A stretch of 64,000 nt of DNA from Paenibacillus swuensis (GTDB taxonomy: Bacteria; Bacillota; Bacilli; Paenibacillales; DY6): positions 326,440 to 390,439 of the forward strand of contig NZ_CP011388.1 in NCBI RefSeq assembly GCF_001644605.1, in the 5' to 3' direction. Each line of letters opens with the position of its first letter. The stretch's first letter is position 1. Under the pieces are notes generated by a model that had not been told where the DNA came from, did not search any database, and saw nothing but the letters and a program-made list of their open reading frames with translations. Made by a program: the position numbers and the translations under genes. Shown here piece by piece: positions 1 to 10,778 of this stretch.

Positions 1-573
1 GTTTCACTTATCTGTTTGGCGTAGTCTTCCAACTGTCCCCAGGTTGACGGAGGTTTATCCGGCGACAAGCCCGCTTTAACAAACAACTGCTTATTATAAA
101 TCATTCTGGAGGTGGTAACGGAAGAAGGCAGCGTATATAATTTGTTGTCATGTGAGATTTTGGATGAGTACTGGACCGCCCACTCGGGGTAAGCTTCCAG
201 CAGTTGATCGGCAAGCATCGGCTTTAGATCCACGAGCCAATCTTTATAAATATACGTCATCAGCATGTTTGCGGTTAGACCCATCAAATCAGGGCCTTCT
301 CCCGTGGTCATCATCAGATTCACGGTTTCTTCGTATTTATCATCGGGAATCTTCTTTACTTGCAGGTGATAGGGCTTCTTCTCATTTTTTACATATTCCT
401 GCAAAAGCTGCTCCACAACATCCTCATTCCCAGATGAGCGAATAGCAACGGTTACGGTTTTCTCATGGGGAATCGGCTCATTCTGTGTTTCTGAATAGTT
501 AACTGTATAGTCAGCCTGTCCGCATCCGGAAACGAATAGAAGGAACCCTAGCGTGAGCCTTATACTCTTCATC
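1..573 (-). CDS. ABC transporter extracellular solute-binding lipoprotein, N-terminal part (gene runs off the window at position 1)
   Basis: Reverse-strand ATG at 571-573 preceded by GGGAGGAA. Translation MKSIRLTLGFLLFVSGCGQ... has a lipobox (LFVSGC). Downstream sequence looks like a sugar-binding protein. No in-window stop, so it is absent from the ORF track. Confidence 0.55.
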
Positions 574-695
574 TGTACTTCATTCCTCCCGCTTTATCAA
601 AAAAACGTGTGTATTGTTTTTACTAATTACAGTAGAATAGTGAAAATAGATTGTCAATAAAACGCTTACTTTTACATGAGCGAGGAGGATTTCCT

Positions 696-2549
696 ATGAA
701 CGCCTGGCTGGCTAAATTACGCAGCATTCCCCATAGCAGCATAAGGACCCGGCTCCTTCTCTACTTTATCTTAATTGCTCTTGTGCCGACTACCATCATT
801 GCAGCTGCCGCCTATTCCAAATCTACTTCTGTAATAACCAGTAAGGTCGATGCATCCATCACCCAGAATCTGAGACTGATTAACGATGCTGTTATCCAAA
901 AATTAGAGTCCGTAAACGACATCTCTACCTTTATCTATTTAAACCCGGACTTCATCGAGATCTTATCTACGGACCGACCGGACAAATACGCCCGATTCGA
1001 TGACGCCAACCTGACGCAGGAACGTATAGAATTTACGAACGAGATCGCGGCTCTGGACAAAATGCTGACAACGTTCACCACTGAAAATATGTCCAAAACG
1101 GTTTTATATCCAAAGTTATTTATGTATAACCGTCCGGAATACATCCAAAGCCGATTTACGGACAAGATATCCGATCTAGGAGAAATTCAGGATCAGAAAT
1201 GGTATCGCGCGCTCCCCAGACATTTTAAATACACCGTAGTCGGCCCTAACCGGATTATGACCCAGACGGGAATGAAAGACACTATTCGAATCGCCAAGCG
1301 GTTGTACGGACTGAAACACTATCAAATTCCATATGCCGGTTTACTGACCATCGACATTCCTGTTGAAGATTTTGTTTCCATATTGGAGGATTTCGAGCCG
1401 ACCCCCAACAGTCTGATCTATATTGTAGACCAACAACACAAGGTGAATGTAGCTGCAGACCCGATGCAATTCGGCAAGATTTCGCCCTATGCGGATACAG
1501 TTCCTCTCATTTCTTTAGGCATTTCGTCACAAATCAGGAACTTGAACGGCGCGTCCATGCTGGTATCCCAGAAGAGAATCGATGAAACCGGCTGGACGAT
1601 CGTCTCTCTTTCCCCTATGAAGGAGTTGCGCGAAGAGCTTCATTCCTTCACCAAAATACTGTACGGTGTCATTCTTCTCTGTGCCCTGTTGGCCTTGGCA
1701 GGCGCGCTGTACTTGTCCAACCATATCTCGATGCCCATCATCAAGCTGGTCAAATCTATGTCCAACGTAGGCGAAGGCAATTTCAACATCAGTTTGAATT
1801 ACAAAAGAAAAGATGAGTTCTCTTATTTGATTTCCTCTTACAAAACGATGCTAGCCGAAGTGAAGCAATTAATCGATAAGCTATATATCAGTGAAGTGAA
1901 TAAGAAGGAAGCGGAATTAAAGGCGCTTCAAGCGCAAATCAATCCGCATTTTCTCTATAATACATTGGATTCCGTGAACTGGCTGGCCATCGAGCACAAG
2001 GTGCCTGAGATCAGCAAAATTGTGACGTCCCTGTCCGACTTCTTCAGATACAGCCTGAACAAAGGACATCCGATTATTTCCCTGGAGGAAGAGATTCGGC
2101 AAGTCGAAAGCTATCTTCAGATTCAGAAAATTCGATTCGAGGATAAATTCGATTACTCGATCCATGTTCCACAGGAACTGCTCAGTTGCCTGACGGTAAA
2201 ACTGACGCTTCAGCCCTTGGTGGAGAACTCCATTCTGCATGGGATTCAACAAACGTACGAGAAAGGCTGGATTACAATCGAAGCCGTCCTGAAAGAAAGC
2301 GACATTCATATCATCATTTCCGACAACGGGGCCGGGGCTGACACAAGCGAGTTGAATCTGCTGCTCAGTGAAGCTGCGGAAGGGACAGGACATTCCAAAT
2401 CTTACGGTTTGCTGAATGTCAACGCCCGCTTGAAACAGACGTTCGGCGCCGGTTACGGAGTATACTTCTCAGACAATGAACCAGCCGGAGTCATTGCCGT
2501 AATCATCATACCGGCTGTCTATACAATGGAGGGATACCCGCATGCTTAA
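696..2549 (+). CDS. Sensor histidine kinase, YesM-like (two TM helices, HAMP, HisKA_3-type H-box, HATPase_c)
   Basis: ORF 651..2549. Preferred start is ATG 696 (MNAWLAKL...) 7 nt after GAGGAGGA. H-box 'LQAQINPHFLYNTLDSVNWLA' is followed by an ATP-binding region. Gene overlaps the downstream response regulator by 8 nt. Confidence 0.85.
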   Translation: MNAWLAKLRSIPHSSIRTRLLLYFILIALVPTTIIAAAAYSKSTSVITSKVDASITQNLRLINDAVIQKLESVNDISTFIYLNPDFIEILSTDRPDKYARFDDANLTQERIEFTNEIAALDKMLTTFTTENMSKTVLYPKLFMYNRPEYIQSRFTDKISDLGEIQDQKWYRALPRHFKYTVVGPNRIMTQTGMKDTIRIAKRLYGLKHYQIPYAGLLTIDIPVEDFVSILEDFEPTPNSLIYIVDQQHKVNVAADPMQFGKISPYADTVPLISLGISSQIRNLNGASMLVSQKRIDETGWTIVSLSPMKELREELHSFTKILYGVILLCALLALAGALYLSNHISMPIIKLVKSMSNVGEGNFNISLNYKRKDEFSYLISSYKTMLAEVKQLIDKLYISEVNKKEAELKALQAQINPHFLYNTLDSVNWLAIEHKVPEISKIVTSLSDFFRYSLNKGHPIISLEEEIRQVESYLQIQKIRFEDKFDYSIHVPQELLSCLTVKLTLQPLVENSILHGIQQTYEKGWITIEAVLKESDIHIIISDNGAGADTSELNLLLSEAAEGTGHSKSYGLLNVNARLKQTFGAGYGVYFSDNEPAGVIAVIIIPAVYTMEGYPHA

Positions 2550-4161
2550 ATTGATTATCGCAGACGACGAGAATAGAATCCGAAGAGGACTCCGCAGCGT
2601 GTTACCATGGGAGGAGTTAGGTGTGGAGGTAGCCGGGGAAGCAGGGGACGGGCTGGAAGTGCTTAAGCTGTGCCGAGAGGTGCAGCCGGATCTGCTGCTG
2701 CTCGATATCCGCATGCCCATGATGGACGGGCTGGAAGCCGCCATTAAGCTCCGCGAAGAAGGAAATGCGGTGCGCATTATATTCATCAGCGGCGTGGAGG
2801 ATTTCAGTTATGTAAAGACAGCGCTTGATATTGAAACGGAAGGCTATATTCTTAAACCCGTTAAGATTGACGAGCTCCAGAGTAAAGTAGACCAAGTCTT
2901 GCAGAAAATTCATAGAGAACGAAACAGTCGTGACATGCTGCACAACTTAAAATTGCAGCTGCAGCAGAATCTCTCGGTGATGCGCGACAAGTTTCTGGGA
3001 AACCTTATTTCCAGCGTCTACATGTCAGAGAGAGATGTGTGGGAAAAGATCAGCTATTTCTCCCTTCCTTTCCGTAAAGGTGAGCTCGCGCAGATTGGCG
3101 TGCTCCGAATCGATGATTATGAGCAAGCCATTGATAAATTCATGGAAGAGAATAAACAGCTGCTATCTTTCTCGGTGGCGAATGTGACAGAAGAAATTAT
3201 GAACACCCATCAGGCCGGCGTCTCACTTCAGTTAAGCGAGAATGAATTTCTTCTGATCTTCAGTCACCCGGCATACGCTGAAAGCGCCTATCTTGAGGTT
3301 TGCGAAGAAATTCGCCTCAATATAAAGAAATATTTAAAAGTGTCGGTTTCCATCGGTGTGGGCTCGCCCGTGCAGGATCTCCTCACCCTGCAGGCTTCTT
3401 ACCAGGAAGCCGGCTATGCCTTGGAACACCGCTTCTTTACGGGAAACGGATCCATCCTGCATATCAAGGATATTCAGCTGAATGCTCCCGGTTCGGATTA
3501 TCCGAATTTGCGACCGCTGGAGAACGACATTATCAATGCGCTGAAACTAGGGCATGTCCATGAAGTAACCGCTAAGTTAAATGAAGCATTTGACTACATA
3601 AGCAACCGTCCGTTTAAGGTAGAGTATGTACAAAGCATTTGCGTCGAGCTGATTAGTATGGCTTACAGAAACCTTCAGGAACTGGATGAACAGATCGAGG
3701 ACGTGATGGGGAACCGTGCCGGCATTATTGATCAAATCTACGGTACAATGCACATCCTGGAACTTAGGGAATTCATGATTGGTACGTTCAGCAAGGCAGC
3801 TTCTTATTTCTCGGAAAGGTACATGCAGAAAAACAGCAAGCTCGTCGAGCGAATCAGGGAGACCATCCAGCAGCGGTACATGACCGATGTCAGCATTGCC
3901 GATCTCTCGAAAGAAGTGTATTTATCCGCAAACTATATCGGCCTCATCTTCAAGAGAGAAACCGGAGAGACCATTACCGAATTCTTAACGAAAACCCGTC
4001 TAGAAGCGGCTAAACACTTGCTGAAGACGACCGATATGAAGATCCTGGAGGTATCCGAAACGGTAGGTTACGAGAATCCTCAATATTTCAGTACGGTGTT
4101 CAAGAAGCACACCGGCATTCATCCGCAGATGTTCCGGAAGGCTACGGAAGTGTCACAATAA
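2542..4161 (+). CDS. Response regulator with C-terminal AraC-type HTH (YesN-like)
   Basis: N-terminal receiver (LIIADDE...LLLLDIRMP) and C-terminal AraC HTH (…YIGLIFKRETGETITEFLTKTRLEAAKHLL…). Translationally coupled to the kinase. Confidence 0.85.
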   Translation: MLKLIIADDENRIRRGLRSVLPWEELGVEVAGEAGDGLEVLKLCREVQPDLLLLDIRMPMMDGLEAAIKLREEGNAVRIIFISGVEDFSYVKTALDIETEGYILKPVKIDELQSKVDQVLQKIHRERNSRDMLHNLKLQLQQNLSVMRDKFLGNLISSVYMSERDVWEKISYFSLPFRKGELAQIGVLRIDDYEQAIDKFMEENKQLLSFSVANVTEEIMNTHQAGVSLQLSENEFLLIFSHPAYAESAYLEVCEEIRLNIKKYLKVSVSIGVGSPVQDLLTLQASYQEAGYALEHRFFTGNGSILHIKDIQLNAPGSDYPNLRPLENDIINALKLGHVHEVTAKLNEAFDYISNRPFKVEYVQSICVELISMAYRNLQELDEQIEDVMGNRAGIIDQIYGTMHILELREFMIGTFSKAASYFSERYMQKNSKLVERIRETIQQRYMTDVSIADLSKEVYLSANYIGLIFKRETGETITEFLTKTRLEAAKHLLKTTDMKILEVSETVGYENPQYFSTVFKKHTGIHPQMFRKATEVSQ

Positions 4162-4170
4162 TAAAATTCA

Positions 4171-4199
4171 AAGCCGGAGAGCGCACTCTCCGGCTTTCA
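4171..4199. terminator. Bidirectional rho-independent terminator between convergent genes
   Basis: AAGCCGGAGAGCGCACTCTCCGGCTTTCATAATT: perfect GC-rich hairpin flanked by A/T runs. Lies between the RR gene (+) and the PhyH gene (-). Confidence 0.55.
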
Positions 4200-4209
4200 T
4201 AATTGTATG

Positions 4210-5046
4210 TTAATGTTCCCAAGGCATCGTTACGGTTTCCCCTATACGTTCGCCGCGGAAAACCTGCTTACCCTTCTCCGATAAGCCGTCGTAAGTATCC
4301 TGCGGAATCCGGATATAATGCCCGCTGCCAAACCAGGTCCGGTTATAGATTAAGGCTATATTCGTTCTCCTCCGATCGGAGCGGTTCGGCGTTCCCCTAT
4401 GCCACATCCGGATGTCGCGGATGACGATTGAACCGGCCGGCATCAGAATTTTTTCGGACAACATGTATTCTGCAGCTCTGACGATATCTACATGCTTATT
4501 AACGGATCCGTCCAGCGTGTCATGGTTCGTCCGGTCCCCGTTCAGATGGGTTCCTCCCGGCCATATTTCCAAAGGCCCGTTCTCTTCGGTTGTATCAACT
4601 AACGGAACGTTCAGCACCAAGCTGTACGCCGGGAGCGCGGCAGAATAATCCGGAAACAAAGGCATAATATCGCTGTGCACATTCTGATAATCGGATCCCG
4701 GCATAGGCGTATCGGAAGCGAAATAAACACATTTGTGATCCTGCCCGAGAAGCTCATCGATAATCGCCATCGCCAGCGGGTGGGCAATAATATACTCATG
4801 ATTGAACGGCGCCTGAAAAGGCAGATGCATCTGTGCCCGGTTCGTTCCGGTGTTGTACCCCTTCTTCTGAATGTACTCGTCGAACAAAGGATCGAACGCC
4901 TGACGAAGTTCCTCGATAACGGAATCAGGAACGACTTTCTCCAGCAGCACGTAACCGTTCACTTTCACTTGTTCTACCGCAAAGGCCAATGTCTCCGGCT
5001 CCAAACGCAAGGTTTCCAGCTCTTTAGGGGATAGTTGAATTTTCAA
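4210..5046 (-). CDS. Phytanoyl-CoA dioxygenase (PhyH)-family Fe(II)/2-oxoglutarate oxygenase
   Basis: 278-aa ORF, TTG start with GGAGGG 8 nt upstream. PhyH-like sequence with an HxD…H triad (…NVHSDIMP…). Confidence 0.65.
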   Translation of the reverse strand: MKIQLSPKELETLRLEPETLAFAVEQVKVNGYVLLEKVVPDSVIEELRQAFDPLFDEYIQKKGYNTGTNRAQMHLPFQAPFNHEYIIAHPLAMAIIDELLGQDHKCVYFASDTPMPGSDYQNVHSDIMPLFPDYSAALPAYSLVLNVPLVDTTEENGPLEIWPGGTHLNGDRTNHDTLDGSVNKHVDIVRAAEYMLSEKILMPAGSIVIRDIRMWHRGTPNRSDRRRTNIALIYNRTWFGSGHYIRIPQDTYDGLSEKGKQVFRGERIGETVTMPWEH

Positions 5047-5060
5047 TACGGGTCCCTCCT

Positions 5061-6980
5061 CTACTTCAGATTCGCCATTTGCTCTTTATTGCGCTCAGCA
5101 AACACCTGATTAATCTTGACAAGCGTCTCGTCTGTCAGTCCGTTCTGTTCCGCATAGTCCACCATATCGGTATATAGCTTCTCGAATTGCTCATCCGATT
5201 GGGCGGTATACACTTTCTTCATGGCATTCTCGAAGCCGGCGCGGGCTGACCAGAACTTCTTCACTTCAGGAATTACATCCGAGAAATTGTCAATAAACCA
5301 ACCTTCCGTAGGAACTTGATTAAGCCCTTCCACATTGCCGTACCAGTAATGTTGGTCCCAATTCTCTCTGGTCACTTTAATGTCAACAGCTTCTTTAGTC
5401 CTCTTATCCGTAGCTAACGTGAAAGGATATTGAGGCCATACCTCATTCCGAAGTCCATACTTATCTTTGTAAACGGTGTTCGGTCTTGCCCCGGAAGTGG
5501 CATCCGCAATATCTTTATCGATAAATGTCCGCTTTCCGTTCTCCTCCTTGAATAACCCGGCGCTGCGCGGACCGTAATATGCCAGATTCTGTCCGGCTTT
5601 GGTGTAGGCAATATCGTAAAATCTTAAAATCTGGGGAAGATCCTCCGCTTTAATTCGATTTTTGAAAAATGAAACCGGTGACAGCCCGGTAGCATTATAA
5701 GGCTGTACAAACTTCTTCTCATCGGGAGGAACATCTAGATATACCTTGCGGTATTTATACGTCTTGCCCGCTTTAGCGAGTTTAGCACGGTCGGGTTCAA
5801 TCCAACCCCATGTCATGGCGTATTGTCCTGTATCTTTCTTCTCATTGAATTGGGTATCCGTCTGGATGATGGCCTCCGGTTCGGCAATCTGCTCTCGCAC
5901 CAATTCATTCCACTGTTTCATGATGTCTTTGTACCATGGCTGTTTAAACATGTAATCAACCGTTTGGCGTTCCTTGTCCCAATAGGTAAAGTAGTTGTTG
6001 TCCATTTGAACATGCGTGTTATACCCATTTAAAGTTCCGGACAGAATTGTGCCGATCAGCCAGCTGTCGGACCCGTTATGAGTCCAGAAAGGGACGACAT
6101 CTTTCCCGTTCTCTTTCAGATTCAATTTCTTAATTTCTCTAAGGAACTGAATAAAATCAGCCATGCTCTTAATAGGCACATCCAAATATTCTTGCTTGGA
6201 AAGATTGCCATTCTTCTGTTCCATCAAGGCACCGAGCTCGTCGTAACTTTTGGCTTGCGGGTAAATTTTCTTAAGAATATCATCCCTCACGAACACGAAC
6301 CCTCTGCCGGGCACATCGCCGCCGGTAGCCTGTTTGTATTCCAGCGGATTTGCGAAATCTTCTTTCTTCATTAATTTGGTGTTAATAAATGACCATCCTG
6401 CCACTTGGATGGAGTACAACTTCCCCTCTCTCTTGGAGCCCTTTAAATCCAGTTGAAAGGCTGGATTATTAATGAATTTCCAGTAATTTGGCATGTATTT
6501 GGGAATCAGGTCCGTCAAATCGTACAGCAGATCTTTTTCGACTAATTGTTCAAACCCGCTTCTCGAAAGCCCTTCCACTACATCCGGATAACTGTTCGTC
6601 GCTACAATTTTCGTCATCTTTATTTCATAAGAATCCTGCCCTCCGTTATCAAAGGAATTCTCTCTGTCCATCGTTACCCCGGTCGCCCGTAACAGCTCAG
6701 GCAGCACAACATCCTGTGTAGGAATTACCTTTGCGCCTGTACCGTTCCCGCCGGCATACCAGAATTTCAGTTTAATCTGCTTTCCCTTCCAGTCCGGCAT
6801 ATCCGAAGTATCTTCCACTCCTTCATAAGGATCTTTCTCCAGATTTGCCTCAACAACGGGGGAAGCTTCCCCATCTTTCGGTTTTACGGCCGTGTTCGGC
6901 TCATTGCCGTTGCTGGACATACATCCCGCTAACAGAGATAACACCAATGTCATGCTCAACAGCAGTTTCTTCCTCTTCAA
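5061..6980 (-). CDS. ABC transporter extracellular solute-binding lipoprotein (large polysaccharide-type SBP)
   Basis: ORF 5061..7133. Probable start is TTG at 6980 (MKRKKLLLSMTLVLSLLAGC, lipobox LLAGC) or ATG at 6953. Sits upstream of two permease genes. Confidence 0.8.
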   Translation of the reverse strand: MKRKKLLLSMTLVLSLLAGCMSSNGNEPNTAVKPKDGEASPVVEANLEKDPYEGVEDTSDMPDWKGKQIKLKFWYAGGNGTGAKVIPTQDVVLPELLRATGVTMDRENSFDNGGQDSYEIKMTKIVATNSYPDVVEGLSRSGFEQLVEKDLLYDLTDLIPKYMPNYWKFINNPAFQLDLKGSKREGKLYSIQVAGWSFINTKLMKKEDFANPLEYKQATGGDVPGRGFVFVRDDILKKIYPQAKSYDELGALMEQKNGNLSKQEYLDVPIKSMADFIQFLREIKKLNLKENGKDVVPFWTHNGSDSWLIGTILSGTLNGYNTHVQMDNNYFTYWDKERQTVDYMFKQPWYKDIMKQWNELVREQIAEPEAIIQTDTQFNEKKDTGQYAMTWGWIEPDRAKLAKAGKTYKYRKVYLDVPPDEKKFVQPYNATGLSPVSFFKNRIKAEDLPQILRFYDIAYTKAGQNLAYYGPRSAGLFKEENGKRTFIDKDIADATSGARPNTVYKDKYGLRNEVWPQYPFTLATDKRTKEAVDIKVTRENWDQHYWYGNVEGLNQVPTEGWFIDNFSDVIPEVKKFWSARAGFENAMKKVYTAQSDEQFEKLYTDMVDYAEQNGLTDETLVKINQVFAERNKEQMANLK

Positions 6981-7066
6981 TACATAAGCCAACTGAATCC
7001 CCCCATAATTAAAATTATTGTTATTCCCTGAATGTGTAATCAGGAAAATGGTAAACCGGACAAAAA

Positions 7067-7975
7067 CTACTCTTTGACGGAACCAATCATCGCGCCATGC
7101 AAGAAATATTTTTGCAAGAAAGGATAGACGCAAATGATAGGCAGCGTGGTAATGATGACTTGTGCAGCAACTAAAGATTCCGGAGTAACGACATTCAATT
7201 TGGTCAAAGCGCTTACATCTCCGCCTCTGGAAATCGTGTCACGGATGAGTTGGTTAATGCGCTCGCTTTCTTTAATGATTTCAGTCAATTTATACTGCAG
7301 CGTATATAAACTCGAATCGTTAACGAAATATAACGTCGTCGTCCAATCATTCCATTTACCTACAGCCGTCCAGAGAACAATGGTAGCCAGTATGGGTTTG
7401 CACAGCGGTAATATGATACGGAAAAAGATGGTGAAGTCATTGGCCCCGTCCATCCTCGCGGATTCTTCGAGACTCTCCGAAACGGTAGAAGCAATATACG
7501 TACGAATGACTATGAAATTGTAGAAAGAAAATCCGGCCGGAATGATATACACCCAGAAATTGTTCAGCAGATGGGTTTGGGAATAAAGGATATAGGTCGG
7601 AATTAACCCCCCGCTGAAGAACATGGGAATGACCAGAAAGATCAGGATTTTTCCGCGTCCTACCAGTGTTTTTTTCTTAAGCGCATAGGCTGCAAAAAAT
7701 TGAATGAGAACCGCGTAAGCCGTGCCTAATACAACGATAGCCAACGTTAACATGAAAGCGCGCACAAGACTGCTGTCGTTGAGAAGGGTTACATAATTGT
7801 CCAATGTAAACACCCTGGGGAAGAAGGTAATTCCCCCAAGCGATGTGTCTCTGCCATCATTAAGAGATACGGCAAACACGTTCAGATAAGGCAACAGCGT
7901 TATAATGAGGATAAAGAACATAAACGAATAATTGAACCACTGAAAAACTTTATATCCTCTGGTCTGGCCTATCAT
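7067..7975 (-). CDS. Sugar ABC transporter permease (LplC/YtcP-like)
   Basis: 302 aa, multi-TM. RBS AGAGGAGGTG before the ATG. Binding-protein-dependent permease fold (EAA-type loop …SESLEESARMDGAN…). Confidence 0.8.
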   Translation of the reverse strand: MIGQTRGYKVFQWFNYSFMFFILIITLLPYLNVFAVSLNDGRDTSLGGITFFPRVFTLDNYVTLLNDSSLVRAFMLTLAIVVLGTAYAVLIQFFAAYALKKKTLVGRGKILIFLVIPMFFSGGLIPTYILYSQTHLLNNFWVYIIPAGFSFYNFIVIRTYIASTVSESLEESARMDGANDFTIFFRIILPLCKPILATIVLWTAVGKWNDWTTTLYFVNDSSLYTLQYKLTEIIKESERINQLIRDTISRGGDVSALTKLNVVTPESLVAAQVIITTLPIICVYPFLQKYFLHGAMIGSVKE

Positions 7976-7990
7976 CGGGCACCTCCTCTG

Positions 7991-8956
7991 TTACCATATG
8001 CTTACATCGGTTAATTTTTTGGCTAGACGGTTGGACAAATAGATGAGTAGAAAGGCAACCAACCCCTGAACAAAGCCGAGCGCTGTCGCCATGGAATAAT
8101 CCCCTTCCGCAATCCCCTGCCTATAGACCAAAGTGGAGATCACCTCGAAGTTGATAAAAGCGTTCTGCAACCCATAAATCAGCTCGAAATTGCTGTTAAA
8201 GAGATTGCCCAGACTCAGAATCAGGAGAATTACAGTGGTAGGCAGCAATCCGGGCAATGTAATGTGCCGTACCTGTCTCCATTTGCCAGCACCGTCTATC
8301 GTAGCTGCTTCGTACAACTGAGGATCGATACTGGTCAATGCAGCAAGATAGATAATCGAGCCCCATCCGAACTCTTTCCACAAACTGGTCAGAACGACAT
8401 TCGGTACGAAAAAGGACTGATCGGTAAGAAACAGCTGACGCTCCGTATCAGGACCCAATATGGCAATCCGGATATCGTTTACGATGCCGTATTTAGCAAA
8501 TATGGTGTATAAAATCCCTACCACAGCGATCCAGGATAGAAAATGAGGCAGGTAGCTCACCGTCTGTACAAACCTTTTAAAATATTTGACCCGAACCTCG
8601 TTAATGAGAAGAGCAAATATGATCGGGACCGGGAAGCCAACCGCCAAGCTTAATATACTGATCCATAACGTATTCCATATAGCCTGGGAAAACGCGGGAA
8701 CCTGGAAAAGTCTTTCGAAATTGGCGAACCCTACCCATTCACTCCGGAACTGATCGAAAATATCCCAGTCCATAAAGGCAACAACCAGACCCGGCATCGG
8801 GAGGTAGGAAAAGAAAAACACTAGCAGCAGTGTAGGCAGTAACATCAGATACAAATATCGATCCTGTTTCATCTGTTTCCATCTGCTGGATCGCTGTTTT
8901 TTCAGCGCGGCAAGCCGCCGCTCCTTTGTTGTTTCTACTACCGAACTCAAGGGCAT
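7991..8956 (-). CDS. Sugar ABC transporter permease (LplB-like)
   Basis: ORF 7991..9079, but the upstream HK gene ends at 9066, so the start is internal. Candidates are ATG 8980, ATG 8956 (AAAGGAGAG immediately upstream) or TTG 8950. LplB-type N-terminus (…LYLMLLPTLLLVFFFSYLPM…). Confidence 0.7.
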   Translation of the reverse strand: MPLSSVVETTKERRLAALKKQRSSRWKQMKQDRYLYLMLLPTLLLVFFFSYLPMPGLVVAFMDWDIFDQFRSEWVGFANFERLFQVPAFSQAIWNTLWISILSLAVGFPVPIIFALLINEVRVKYFKRFVQTVSYLPHFLSWIAVVGILYTIFAKYGIVNDIRIAILGPDTERQLFLTDQSFFVPNVVLTSLWKEFGWGSIIYLAALTSIDPQLYEAATIDGAGKWRQVRHITLPGLLPTTVILLILSLGNLFNSNFELIYGLQNAFINFEVISTLVYRQGIAEGDYSMATALGFVQGLVAFLLIYLSNRLAKKLTDVSIW

Positions 8957-9065
8957 CTCTCCTTTATAAAACGCTTTCATATTTATAATTATAGAGATTC
9001 GTCTCCATTGTGTAAGATTCGAAATAATAAATGATATAACGGGAATTGCAACAAAAAACGGCTCA

Positions 9066-10778
9066 TTACAGAGCCGCAAATCCCTCTCTATTTCCGTCCG
9101 GCAGATAAAGCGTCACCTCCGTACCTTCTCCGTTCCGGCTGTGAATATGTATCCGGGCTTCGTCTCCGTAATAGAGCTGGAGCCGTTGTCTTACGTTTCT
9201 CAGCCCGTAACCGCCGAACCTGACAGGCTGGTATTCCTCCAGAACGGCTAACTTCTCAGGCGGTATGCCGTTGCCGTTATCCTTCACGGTGAGCACGAGA
9301 AACCCTTCTCGCTTCTCGGCTTCCACCACAATGCGGCCGCCTCCCACAGACATCCCGTTGATCCCGTGCAGCACCGCGTTTTCTACAATGGGCTGAAGCA
9401 ACATCTTGCTGACAATACGATGCTCCGTACCGGGTTGACACCTGATTTCGTAAATAAAATCCGAATCATAGGCGAATTTCTGCAGCTTTAAATACTGGCT
9501 GATGAGCTCGAACTCCTCTTCTACCGTCAGCTGCTCTCTTCCCCTGCTCAGCGACCCCCGATAATACCTCACCATAGCATCGATTGTTTCGCCCAAATCC
9601 GGGTCAGGATAGGCCCACTTAATGGCAGAGAGCGTATTGTACAGGAAATGCGGATTGATCTGCTCCTGCAGCACTTGCAGCTGCAATTTCTTGCGCTCCT
9701 CCTTATCCTTCAGAGATTGTTGATGATACGTACGAACTTCCTGAAGGAATTCATAGAGCTTTGCATGAATTTCCGCGAATTCATCTCCGCCTCCATGCCT
9801 GAAATCAATATCCGTGGAGATTAAGGTATCGATATTACGGTTGAAACGATTAATGAGCAATTTGAGCCGGAACGTCAGCCTGGAAGTTACCGTCATGACG
9901 GAACCCGCAATGATCAGGAAAGCGGCAAACATCATGAGTGCAATCTGGAATGTCGCTTTCTTCAGCTTGCCGGCCACAACTCCTTCCGGGAGAAACAGAA
10001 TCATTTGGTGTTCGCTGAACTTGACTGTTTGGATTATCACATCGTCAGGTCCTTGATCTCCTGCGGATACATAGCCATAGGCTATCTGGAGCGCCTCTTT
10101 CCTTCCGATGTCATTAGCCTTTAAAATCTGAATATGCTGTTCATCATGAACATAAGCGGCAAACGCCCCTTTCGGAAGGTCCATACTTATGGAACCGGCC
10201 AATTTGGAAGCGGGTACGGTGAGCCGAATGATCCCTTCAGGTTTGTCCGCTACTTGCAAGAGCTTATAGATCATGACGTCGAATGTATGCGTCTCCGGCT
10301 GCCAGTTTCCTGCCTTATATACCATATCTCCCTGTGACTGTTCTATTACTTTCCGCAAAGCAACATCAAGCCGATCTGTTTTTTGGATCAGTCCGCTGTC
10401 ATATACATGTTGATCGTAAGCAAAGATGCTAATATGGCTCTGGTCATTATTGCTCTCCAATGCGGATAAGATCGAATTGACGGATTCATAGCTTGTAAAA
10501 GTCTCAGTAAGATCATAAGATCCGATCTGGTTCAGTACTTCACGAAGATAAGAATGATTGCTCAGATATAACAGCTGATGGCTGCCTGTCAAATACAGAT
10601 CGCTGATTGAATCGCCATTGAGCCGTAATTGTTCGGTGTATAGGGAAAGCGTTTCACGGCGTTCATCCGATCGAATTTGCAGCATATAAAGCGTGCCCAA
10701 AATGCTTAAAGGCAGCAATGAGAAAACGAGAAGCGTCAATGCCAGCTTCTGACGGAACAGAAATCGCCTACCCCTCAT
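9066..10778 (-). CDS. Sensor histidine kinase, YesM-like
   Basis: 570 aa. TM, HAMP, then H-box 'LQEQINPHFLYNTLSAIKWAY' and HATPase_c (…DNGNGIPPEKL…). A 4-nt ATGA overlap with the upstream RR. Confidence 0.85.
   Translation of the reverse strand: MRGRRFLFRQKLALTLLVFSLLPLSILGTLYMLQIRSDERRETLSLYTEQLRLNGDSISDLYLTGSHQLLYLSNHSYLREVLNQIGSYDLTETFTSYESVNSILSALESNNDQSHISIFAYDQHVYDSGLIQKTDRLDVALRKVIEQSQGDMVYKAGNWQPETHTFDVMIYKLLQVADKPEGIIRLTVPASKLAGSISMDLPKGAFAAYVHDEQHIQILKANDIGRKEALQIAYGYVSAGDQGPDDVIIQTVKFSEHQMILFLPEGVVAGKLKKATFQIALMMFAAFLIIAGSVMTVTSRLTFRLKLLINRFNRNIDTLISTDIDFRHGGGDEFAEIHAKLYEFLQEVRTYHQQSLKDKEERKKLQLQVLQEQINPHFLYNTLSAIKWAYPDPDLGETIDAMVRYYRGSLSRGREQLTVEEEFELISQYLKLQKFAYDSDFIYEIRCQPGTEHRIVSKMLLQPIVENAVLHGINGMSVGGGRIVVEAEKREGFLVLTVKDNGNGIPPEKLAVLEEYQPVRFGGYGLRNVRQRLQLYYGDEARIHIHSRNGEGTEVTLYLPDGNREGFAAL

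Noticed and set aside
152-445. 97-aa plus-strand ORF at the window start
   Set aside because: It lies entirely antisense to a well-supported solute-binding lipoprotein gene (1-573, minus) and has no RBS, so it is spurious.
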